In this document: positions 56,397-64,000 of the stretch, piece after piece
How positions within the stretch are numbered: position 1 is the stretch's first letter
How the letters are laid out: each line of letters opens with the position of its first letter
Source: Pseudomonadota bacterium
GTDB taxonomy: Bacteria; Pseudomonadota; Alphaproteobacteria; Rhizobiales; Rhizobiaceae
Assembly (NCBI GenBank): GCA_020161665.1
Contig: JAIUPA010000006.1
Coordinates: forward strand, 129,583-193,582
Direction: 5' to 3'
DNA length: 64,000 nucleotides
Notes under the pieces: model-generated
Told to the model about the DNA's origin: nothing
The model's database searches: none
What the model saw: only the letters and a program-made list of their open reading frames with translations
Position numbers and translations under genes: made by a program

Positions 56397-58307
56397 ATGC
56401 GTCCGGTGTTGGGTTTTGCGTATTCTCGGACAAGCAGAAACGTCCTGATGACAGGCGTATGCTGCCTTTCGATGGCCCTGCCGCAACCGGCGGGAGCCTT
56501 TTCTCTTTTTGGCATCCATCTCTTCGGCGAAAAGACCGAAACCGTCACGGTTTTGAACCCCGTGCGCTATGCGCTGACCTTTGATGCGCCCGCCGCAGAC
56601 AAGGATCTGCTGAAAAGCCTCCAGAATGCCTCTGGCCTTTATGAAGGTCGCGAAAGCCCGGTTTCCGGGGATCTCGGCGTGGTCATCAAGGCCCGCGACG
56701 ATCGCGACCGACTCATTGCCGCCCTTTACGAGAACGCCCGCTACGGCGGTGTTGTCACCATCAAGGTGGCGGGAACCGATATCGACCGTCTGCCACCTAA
56801 TCCGGTGTTTCCAAAGGGTGCTCCCGTTCCGGTGAGCGTCTCGGTCGAGCCCGGCCCGCTCTTCACGCTGGGCACGGTTCATCTTGAGGGCGATGCAGCC
56901 GGACGTTCTGCCGAGGACCTCGGCCTTGGCCCGCAAACGAGCGCCGGTTCGGGGAATATCCTGCGTGCTGGCGAAAAATTGATCGCGATGCTGCGCGACG
57001 AAGGCCGTCCGCTGGCACGTCTCGACAAGCGCGAAGTGGTGGCGGATCATGCCACCAACCGTGTGGATGTCACGCTGTCGGCTATATCCGGCCCGGTCGC
57101 CTCGGTTGGTGCTGTCGAAGTCAAGGGCACGAAAACCGTCGATAGCGACTTCGTGCGGGACTATTCCCGAATCAATGGCGGCCAGCCCTTCTCGCCGACC
57201 GACATGAAAAAGGCCGCCGACCGGCTTCGCAAGCTCGGCGTTTTTTCAAGCGTCACTGTGCGTGAGAAAGACAAGCTCGCGCCTGATGGCACCATTCCGG
57301 TCGATATCGAAGTCTCGGAAGGCAAACATCGCTATTTCGGCTTTGGCGCGCAGGTCTCCACCACCGATGGCGCGGGACTTTCCGGCTATTGGGGGCACCG
57401 CAACCTGTTTGGCCGGGCCGAAACCATCAAGTTCGAAGGGGCCGTCTCGCGTCTTGGTGAAACCACGGATGTGACCGGCCTCGATTATACCGCAGGCGTC
57501 GCCTTCTCGAAGCCCGGCATTTTCGTACCCGCCGCCCGGCTTGACGCGGGCATCAAGCTGAAGACCGAACATCCCGACACCTATGAGGCGACGACCGTCA
57601 CCAGCTCGGCTATCATCACCTACGAGGTCAACGACCGCGACACGGTGAGCGCCGGTGGCGAGGTGGAATGGGCAAGAACGCAGGATGCCTTCGGCACCAA
57701 TACCTACATCACGACCTCACTGCCGCTGACGGCCAGACGCGATGCGCGAGACGACAAGCTGAACCCGACGAGCGGCTACACGGTCTCGCTCTCGGCCAAG
57801 CCCAGCTATGAAATCAAGGACTCGACCTTCTTCTCGAGCGTCGAAGGTGCCGTCACCGGCTATCACGGTCTTGGCGAAAGCAATCGCGTCGTCTTCGCCG
57901 GAAAAGCGGCGCTTGGCACGTTGATCGGCACCGGCGACATGTCACGCATTCCCACCACACGCCGCTTCTTCCAGGGCGGCGGCGGCTCGGTGCGCGGTTA
58001 CGCCTATCAGGAAATCTCGCCTTACAATGCGGCGGGCAGCGCCACCGGCGGTCGCTCCTATGCGCTCGGCTCGCTGGAGGCGCGCATCAATGTCACGGAG
58101 ACGATTGGCGTCGTTCCCTTCATCGATGCCGGGACGGTTTCCAAAAACATGGCGCCGAGTTTCTCGGATATCCGTGCAGGCGCCGGTGTTGGCCTGCGCT
58201 ATGCGACGCCGTTCGGCCCTTTGCGTCTTGATGTGGCCGTGCCGTTGAACGCATACGAAAACGGCACCAAATACGGTATCTATGCGGGAATCGGTCAGGC
58301 GTTCTGA
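56397..58307 (+). CDS. tamA: Omp85-family outer membrane protein TamA (translocation and assembly module)
   Basis: ORF 56382..58307. The ATG at 56397 lies 6 nt after a GAGGAGA SD. It has POTRA-like repeats, a C-terminal Bac_surface_Ag barrel (RGYAYQEISP...LRLDVAVPL) and a terminal Phe. It sits immediately upstream of tamB. Confidence 0.85.
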   Translation: MRPVLGFAYSRTSRNVLMTGVCCLSMALPQPAGAFSLFGIHLFGEKTETVTVLNPVRYALTFDAPAADKDLLKSLQNASGLYEGRESPVSGDLGVVIKARDDRDRLIAALYENARYGGVVTIKVAGTDIDRLPPNPVFPKGAPVPVSVSVEPGPLFTLGTVHLEGDAAGRSAEDLGLGPQTSAGSGNILRAGEKLIAMLRDEGRPLARLDKREVVADHATNRVDVTLSAISGPVASVGAVEVKGTKTVDSDFVRDYSRINGGQPFSPTDMKKAADRLRKLGVFSSVTVREKDKLAPDGTIPVDIEVSEGKHRYFGFGAQVSTTDGAGLSGYWGHRNLFGRAETIKFEGAVSRLGETTDVTGLDYTAGVAFSKPGIFVPAARLDAGIKLKTEHPDTYEATTVTSSAIITYEVNDRDTVSAGGEVEWARTQDAFGTNTYITTSLPLTARRDARDDKLNPTSGYTVSLSAKPSYEIKDSTFFSSVEGAVTGYHGLGESNRVVFAGKAALGTLIGTGDMSRIPTTRRFFQGGGGSVRGYAYQEISPYNAAGSATGGRSYALGSLEARINVTETIGVVPFIDAGTVSKNMAPSFSDIRAGAGVGLRYATPFGPLRLDVAVPLNAYENGTKYGIYAGIGQAF

Positions 58308-58385
58308 TCCGGGACAGGACTGAAACGGCGCTTTTCATCCGCTGATAAGGATAGAAGCGATCTTGAGGCAAGCGAGCGGCATTTG

Positions 58386-61300
58386 ATGACGGCATTCAGC
58401 ACTCTGGCGACCAGATTGGCGCGGTTCGCAGGTTTCGCCGCCGCTGGCATCGCGATCCTGGCCGTCGTGCTGCTGCTCGTCGCCGGGTTCTCGTCTTTCG
58501 GTGCCCGTCTTCTCGCCGACACGGTTTCGGCACTCGCCTCCAATCAAGACCGCACGGTGTCCATTTCCGCCCCTGAAGGGCTGTTGAGTGGCCATCTGCG
58601 CGTCGAATCCATTACCGTTGGTGATCGCGAAGGCCCCTATGCCGCGATTGACCATCTGGCCGTTGACTGGTCGCCGCTCTCGCTGCTGCGGGGAACGTTT
58701 CATGCCGAGCGTATTACGGCGGAAAAAATCGCCGTGGCCCGCAAACCGATCCTGCCGGACGAAAAGGACGACACGCCGTTCTCGCTGCCCCTTGCACTTG
58801 AGATCGAAAAAATCGACGCGCCGCTGATCGAACTGGGCGAGGCCCTGCTCGGCGAGCGTTTTGCCTTAAGCGCCAATGGCGCACTGGAAGCCCATAGCGA
58901 TGCCATCAACCTGACGCTCGACGCCAGCAATCGCGACCAGACAGACGCCCGTGCCTCAGCGACACTCGTTTACGCACCGACTGAAAACCGCCTGCAGATT
59001 GAAGCATCCTTGAGCGAGCCGAAAGGTGGCCTGCTGACCCGCCTTGCCAAGCTTCCGGAAAATCCGTCCGTGGAACTGGCGCTCAACGGCTCCGGCCCGC
59101 TGTCCGACTGGAAAGGCCGCCTTTCGGGAACGGTTGATGGCAAGCCGGTTTTGGCGCTGGATGCCGCCCACCGTCTGTCGGGCGAAAATCATGCAGTGAC
59201 CGTTCAGGGCGGCGGTCAACTGGCCGAACTGCTGCCGCCAGCACTTCGCCCGCTCTTTGCCGGAAGCACGTCGATTTCCGCCGCCGCAACGTTTAGCGAA
59301 GCCGGGCGCATCGACATTCAGACCGGGCGCATCACCAATGCCGCCCTTGATCTCGATAGCCATGGCGCTTTCGATCCCGCCGGCGGCACGAATGATCTTG
59401 TCGTCAATCTGAAGGGCACCAATGGTCCGGTGGACCTTCGCGCCGCGCTCGAAGATGGCGAGGCTCGCCTGCTGGTGGATCAGGCCCGTCTTTCGCTGAC
59501 CGGCCCAACAACAGCCGCCCATCTTGAACTGACGGCCAGCATCGTCTCCGCAGCCCTGCCGCAGGGTGGGCTTTCCGGCATTGACGTGAACGCGAAAAGC
59601 AATGCGCTTGATCTCGCCGCCGCCAAGGGCCGGATTGACGCTATACTCACGGCCAGCGCGGCAAGCTTTACCGATGAGAACCTCGCGCGCCTCATTCGCG
59701 CGCCGATGAAGATCACCCTGCCGCTGACGCTCAACGGTGACAGCGTGACGGTGACCGCCGCTGGATTGGAAAGCGCTTCTGTCGGCGCAACGCTGAACGC
59801 CACGCTTGGCCTTGCCGACCAGAGCATGGATGGCGACGTCAAGCTCTTCGCCCTGCCCTCGGTTCTGCCGCCCGGCCTTGCTGAAAAGCTCAACAAGACC
59901 ATCGCCATTGAAGCAAAAATCGCCGCGCAAAAGGGCGACATCCGCATCGACAATCTGAAACTGCGCTCCGAACTTCTGGAGGCTGACGGCTCCCTGAGCC
60001 TTGTCAATGAGGAACTGCAGACGGCGCTGACGGGCCGCCTGCCGGATCTTGGCCTGCTGGCGAAGGAGGCGAGCGGCACCTCAACCTTCACACTCTCAGC
60101 CAAGGGCCCACTGCAGGCACTGGCCTTCAAGGCCAACGTTTTGACCGAAGAAGCGGTGCTCGCAGGCAAGCCTGTGCGTAACCTCGTGCTCAATGCCGAA
60201 GGCAGCACGGATAAAGCGGCCCCGAGCGCCAATGTGACGCTGGAGGGCCGGGTCGATGGCCAGCCGGTCAAGGGCTCCGCCCTTCTCGCCGCCACCGCGC
60301 AAGGCTCGCAGATCCCGAAACTGGTGCTCGATGCCGGGCCAAACCGCCTGACCGGCAACCTGCGCCTGACGCGGGACTTCCTGCCCGCCGAAGGCACGGT
60401 CAGTTTCGATTTTCCGGATGTTTCGTTGCTCGCCGCTCTGGCCGGTCAAAAGGCCGAGGGCAGCATCAATGGTGACATGGCCCTTGCCACCCGAAACGGC
60501 ACGACGAGCCTTGAGGCGAAGGCCTCCGGTTCGGTCGAAAGTGCCGGTGCCGCCCTGCAGAAGCTTTCGTTGGCCCTTTCCATGCCGGATATCAAGGCGA
60601 TTGCTGTGGACGGCAAGCTGACGGCTGCCCGCGCCGGAACCGCAAGTGCTGCCGTGGAAAACCTGAGCCTCGATATAGCCCATGGCGGAGATACGACGCA
60701 GGTCAACCTGAATGGTCGCTATGACAATGCTCCGCTGGCCCTCAAGGGCAGCATTCAGCAGGTGGAAAACGCCATTTCCCTGCGCCTCGACGCCCTGAAC
60801 GCCGCGCCGAAGGGCATCGCCGTTCGGCTTGCGCAACCCGCCACGATTGCCGTCAAAGACGGCTCCGCCCGTTTCAACAGCATCCGGATTATCACCGGCA
60901 ACGGCTCGGTGACGGTGTCTGGCAGCGCTGGAAAGACGCTCGACGTGAAGGCGGCGATTGCCGCCCTGCCCGCAAACCTTGCCAATGCCTTTGCGCCCGA
61001 CCTTGCCGCCGAAGGCACGATCAACGGCACGGTAGCCGTCACCGGCACGCCGTCCAGCCCTGCCGTCGACTATCGCCTTGATTGGGCCAACGCGGCCACC
61101 AGCCAGACACGCGGCGCGGGCCTTTCAAGCCTTGCCATCAAGGCCAACGGCCTCTTTGCCGACAATCGCGTGAAACTCGACACAACCGTCAATGGCGCGG
61201 GCGGCATCGCCATTGCAGGCGGCGGCACGGTCGATCTGGCAGGCGCCAAGGCGCTGCAACTCGCCTTCAAGGGGCGTGTGCCTCTGGCTGCCCTGCAGGC

Positions 61301-62543
61301 CAAGCTTTCCGAACAGGGCATGACCGCGGAAGGCGCGGCAGACCTTGATCTGGTGATTGCCGGAACAGCAGCCCAGCCCGCCATCACCGGCACGGTCAAT
61401 CTGGCCGGAGCCAGGTTGATCGACGTTCGCCGTAACCTGACCCTCAACAATCTGACCGGCGCGATCCGCTTCGACGGCAAGCAGGCGACCATCACCACGC
61501 TCACCGGCAAACTCGGCGGCGGCGGCACGGTTTCCGTCAGCGGCACGGTGGGCATCGATCCGGCGGCAGGCCTGCCCGCCGATATCGCGGTCAAGCTTGA
61601 CCGCGCCACCTATGCCGATGGTACGCTCTTCACCTCCAGCGCCACCGGCGACATGGCGCTCAAAGGCCCGCTTCTCAGCGACCCGGTTCTGTCGGGCCGC
61701 CTCAGCCTTGCCAATACGGCCATCACCATTCCTGAAAAGCTGCCGGCCACCCTGTCGGAAATCGATATTCGCCACCGCAATGCACCGGGTGACGTGAAGG
61801 CACAGGCCGGAAAGATCGCCCAAAAGGAGACGAATGGTTCCTCGTCGACCATCGGCCTTGATCTGGTTGTCTCCGCGCCATCGGGCATTTTCGTGCGCGG
61901 ACGCGGCATCGATGCCGAACTCGGCGGTGATTTGACAGTGCGCGGCACGGCCACCGATCCCGTCGTCTCCGGTGGCTACCAGATGCGCCGTGGCCGCATG
62001 ACGGTCCTGTCGCGCCGTCTCGACTTCTCTTCGGGCACGATCAGCTTCGGCGGCGCGCTCATCCCGACGCTGAACCTGGAAGCCACGACCGCCTCCGATA
62101 CGACAACCATCACCGTTTCAGTCACAGGCCTTGCCAATGATCCGACGATTGCCTTCTCCTCCTCGCCCGCCCTGCCGCAGGATGAAGTGATGGCACAGCT
62201 CATTTTCCGCCAGTCGATGGCCAAGCTCTCGCCCTTGCAGATCGCTCAGCTGGCCGATGCCGTGCGCCAGCTGGCGGGCGGACGCTCCACCTCGCTGTTT
62301 GACAAGCTTCGCAGCAATCTGGGCGTCGATGACCTCGACCTGACCACCGACGCCAAGGGCCAGACCAAAGTGTCTGCCGGGAAATATCTCAACGACCGCA
62401 CCTACCTGCAACTGGAACAGGGCGGCTCAGGCGGCGGCAAGGCCATCATCAATCTCGATGTCGGCAAGGGTGTCAAACTGCGTGGCGAAGCAGGCGCCGA
62501 TGGATCAGGCGCAGGCGGCATTTTCTACGAAAAAGAGTACTGA
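58386..62543 (+). CDS. tamB: Translocation and assembly module protein TamB (DUF490)
   Basis: ORF 58383..62543 (TTG, then ATG at 58386), about 1385 aa. It has an N-terminal signal-anchor and a long Gly/Ala/Leu/Thr-rich beta-rich body. The C-terminal DUF490-like region contains RLDFSSGTISFGG and SAGKYLNDRTYLQLEQG. Confidence 0.85.
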   Translation: MTAFSTLATRLARFAGFAAAGIAILAVVLLLVAGFSSFGARLLADTVSALASNQDRTVSISAPEGLLSGHLRVESITVGDREGPYAAIDHLAVDWSPLSLLRGTFHAERITAEKIAVARKPILPDEKDDTPFSLPLALEIEKIDAPLIELGEALLGERFALSANGALEAHSDAINLTLDASNRDQTDARASATLVYAPTENRLQIEASLSEPKGGLLTRLAKLPENPSVELALNGSGPLSDWKGRLSGTVDGKPVLALDAAHRLSGENHAVTVQGGGQLAELLPPALRPLFAGSTSISAAATFSEAGRIDIQTGRITNAALDLDSHGAFDPAGGTNDLVVNLKGTNGPVDLRAALEDGEARLLVDQARLSLTGPTTAAHLELTASIVSAALPQGGLSGIDVNAKSNALDLAAAKGRIDAILTASAASFTDENLARLIRAPMKITLPLTLNGDSVTVTAAGLESASVGATLNATLGLADQSMDGDVKLFALPSVLPPGLAEKLNKTIAIEAKIAAQKGDIRIDNLKLRSELLEADGSLSLVNEELQTALTGRLPDLGLLAKEASGTSTFTLSAKGPLQALAFKANVLTEEAVLAGKPVRNLVLNAEGSTDKAAPSANVTLEGRVDGQPVKGSALLAATAQGSQIPKLVLDAGPNRLTGNLRLTRDFLPAEGTVSFDFPDVSLLAALAGQKAEGSINGDMALATRNGTTSLEAKASGSVESAGAALQKLSLALSMPDIKAIAVDGKLTAARAGTASAAVENLSLDIAHGGDTTQVNLNGRYDNAPLALKGSIQQVENAISLRLDALNAAPKGIAVRLAQPATIAVKDGSARFNSIRIITGNGSVTVSGSAGKTLDVKAAIAALPANLANAFAPDLAAEGTINGTVAVTGTPSSPAVDYRLDWANAATSQTRGAGLSSLAIKANGLFADNRVKLDTTVNGAGGIAIAGGGTVDLAGAKALQLAFKGRVPLAALQAKLSEQGMTAEGAADLDLVIAGTAAQPAITGTVNLAGARLIDVRRNLTLNNLTGAIRFDGKQATITTLTGKLGGGGTVSVSGTVGIDPAAGLPADIAVKLDRATYADGTLFTSSATGDMALKGPLLSDPVLSGRLSLANTAITIPEKLPATLSEIDIRHRNAPGDVKAQAGKIAQKETNGSSSTIGLDLVVSAPSGIFVRGRGIDAELGGDLTVRGTATDPVVSGGYQMRRGRMTVLSRRLDFSSGTISFGGALIPTLNLEATTASDTTTITVSVTGLANDPTIAFSSSPALPQDEVMAQLIFRQSMAKLSPLQIAQLADAVRQLAGGRSTSLFDKLRSNLGVDDLDLTTDAKGQTKVSAGKYLNDRTYLQLEQGGSGGGKAIINLDVGKGVKLRGEAGADGSGAGGIFYEKEY

Positions 62544-62805
62544 CACACTCCCACTTTGTGGGCTTTCGCAGAGTTTTGCGCCCGCATTCCCGATATATCG
62601 CGCTCATTCCATGGCACATCGCACAATTCCTGCTGCACTTGCGTAAAATTGCCGCATCATAGCTTCATTGGAATTTTCTGCGATTTTGTCGCTTCAAATT
62701 CCATTTTTAATGAATTTTTTGAAACAATCATCGAACAATTCGCCATTTATTCAACGATATATCGCATAGCGTTTGTCCGTGGGGAACAACTCGCGGAAAA
62801 ATGCG

Positions 62806-63957
62806 ATGAACGACACGATGCGTAATGTAACCGCCGCCTACCCGGACACGCTGGGGGCCGCGGGCCTTCTGACCATTGATCTCGGCGCACTGGCCGAAAA
62901 CTACCGCCTGCTCAGCGTCAAGGCAGCGCCTGCCAGGGCCGCAGCCGTCGTCAAGGCGGATGCCTATGGGCTGGGCGCTGAAAAAGTCGTTCCGGTTCTT
63001 CTCGCAGCCGGTTGCCGCGATTTCTTCGTGGCCCATTTTTCCGAAGCCCTGAAGCTTCGCCCGCTGATCTCCGGCGACGCCCGACTTTTCGTCCTCAACG
63101 GCCTCCTGCCGGGCGATGAGGAAACCTGTGCCGATGCCGGGATCATCCCGGTGCTGAACGGCATGGAACAGGTCACACGCTGGAAGGAAGAGGCGGCATT
63201 CCGCGAAACCACGCTCCCCGCTGCCCTTCAGTTCGATACCGGCATGTCGCGCCTTGGCCTCTCGATGGATGAGGCCCGGGTGCTGGCCGCCGATCCGCAG
63301 GGTCTCGATGGTATTTCGCTTGAAATCCTCATGAGCCATCTGGCCTGTGCCGATGAACAGGAACACGCCGCCAACGGCGCACAGCTTGGCGTCATGCAGG
63401 AAGCGGCAGCACTCTTCCCCGGCGTTCCGGTGTGCTTTGCCAATTCCGGCGGCCTGTTCCTGACCGGCGATTTCAAGGGCGCGCTTTGCCGCCCCGGTAT
63501 TGCCCTTTACGGCGGCAACCCGTCGCCCGACATGGAAAACCCGATGAAGCCGGTGGTTACGCTGGACGTCGCCGTGGTCCAGACCCGCAGCGTTCCCGCA
63601 GGCACCGCCATCGGCTACGGCGGTACGCTGGTTGCCGACAAGCCCATGCGCCTTGCCGTCATCTCCGCCGGTTATGCCGATGGCCTGCCGCGCTCGTTGA
63701 GCAGCCGTGGCGCCGCCTATTGGAACGGCATTCGCCTGCCGATCGCCGGTCGCGTGTCCATGGACAGCATCATTCTCGACATCACCGCCCTGCCGGAAGG
63801 CACGCTGAAGCTGGGCGACCGGGTGGAAATCATCGGCCAGCACCAGACGCTGGAGCAGATCGCGGCTGACGCGGGCACCATCTCTTACGAAATTCTCACG
63901 TCGCTCGGCGCGCGTTATCGCCGGGTCTATCGCAACGCACTGCCGGTATCGGCCTGA
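62806..63957 (+). CDS. alr: Alanine racemase
   Basis: ORF 62773..63957 begins at a TTG; the first ATG is at 62806. It has the PLP-Lys motif AAVVKADAYGLG, and RPGIALYGG and VSMDSIILD match the Alr family. Confidence 0.9.
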   Translation: MNDTMRNVTAAYPDTLGAAGLLTIDLGALAENYRLLSVKAAPARAAAVVKADAYGLGAEKVVPVLLAAGCRDFFVAHFSEALKLRPLISGDARLFVLNGLLPGDEETCADAGIIPVLNGMEQVTRWKEEAAFRETTLPAALQFDTGMSRLGLSMDEARVLAADPQGLDGISLEILMSHLACADEQEHAANGAQLGVMQEAAALFPGVPVCFANSGGLFLTGDFKGALCRPGIALYGGNPSPDMENPMKPVVTLDVAVVQTRSVPAGTAIGYGGTLVADKPMRLAVISAGYADGLPRSLSSRGAAYWNGIRLPIAGRVSMDSIILDITALPEGTLKLGDRVEIIGQHQTLEQIAADAGTISYEILTSLGARYRRVYRNALPVSA

Positions 63958-63975
63958 TCACCTCGGGGTAAAGCC

Positions 63976-64000
63976 ATGAAAATCGTCATTCTCGGTTCCG
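63976..64000 (+). CDS. First 8 codons of a gene running off the right edge (MKIVILGS, a Rossmann/FAD-type N-terminus)
   Basis: ATGAAAATCGTCATTCTCGGTTCC lies 18 nt after the alr stop codon. A D-amino-acid dehydrogenase (dadA) would fit the context, but 25 nt cannot establish this. Confidence 0.3.

Noticed and set aside
62556-62825. 89-aa ORF inside the AT-rich tamB-alr spacer.
   Set aside because: Its composition and codon usage are unlike any neighbouring gene, it has no SD, and it overlaps the alr start region. It is more likely regulatory DNA.

Overview
This is a high-GC chromosomal segment. Its gene content points to an alphaproteobacterium of the Rhizobiales, probably Agrobacterium/Rhizobium-like: PhyR-NepR-EcfG stress module, MbfA with an Irr-type ICE box, ALA-synthase hemA, ExoD, TamAB and a short FtsZ paralog. 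That placement is an inference and has not been checked against any database. I call 61 protein-coding features: two are cut by the window edges, one is frameshifted, and one 54-codon gene and one non-ATG start are missing from the ORF track. I found no rRNA, tRNA, CRISPR array, IS element or prophage. From left to right the window holds: eda (partial); a CYTH-CHAD pair; trhO; metQIN; a GH1 beta-glucosidase; emrAB with a divergent TetR regulator; terC; gltX; lysS; a His-rich membrane protein; DUF1345-tal; an ada-like gene facing nth; cysZ-like; exoD; a C-N hydrolase; an orphan fused ABC ATPase; the general stress response (GSR) cassette; an ATPase-less peptide ABC system; a complete Dpp-like operon with an M19 dipeptidase; gcdR-gcdH-aldehyde dehydrogenase; infC; a hydrolase; BTLCP; mbfA facing a truncated hemoglobin; lplA; xfp; an XRE-GNAT pair; an ftsZ paralog; dxr; hemA; a lipoprotein; tamAB; and alr. 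The items most worth a second look are listed below.
- The GSR cassette has four consensus GGAAC-N16/17-CGTT promoters and an unlisted DUF1328 gene.
- That cassette sits between the permeases of an ABC system and its likely ATPase.
- hemA carries a single-base frameshift.
- A perfect FNR/FixK box lies next to hemA.
- infC starts at ATT.
- A near-perfect ICE box lies in front of mbfA.
- There is a C-terminally truncated FtsZ paralog.
- A membrane protein carries a tandem-repeat His-rich tail.
- There are two families of intergenic palindromic repeats.
I did not find a clearly novel multi-gene system such as a defense island. Most of the window is ordinary core chromosome.
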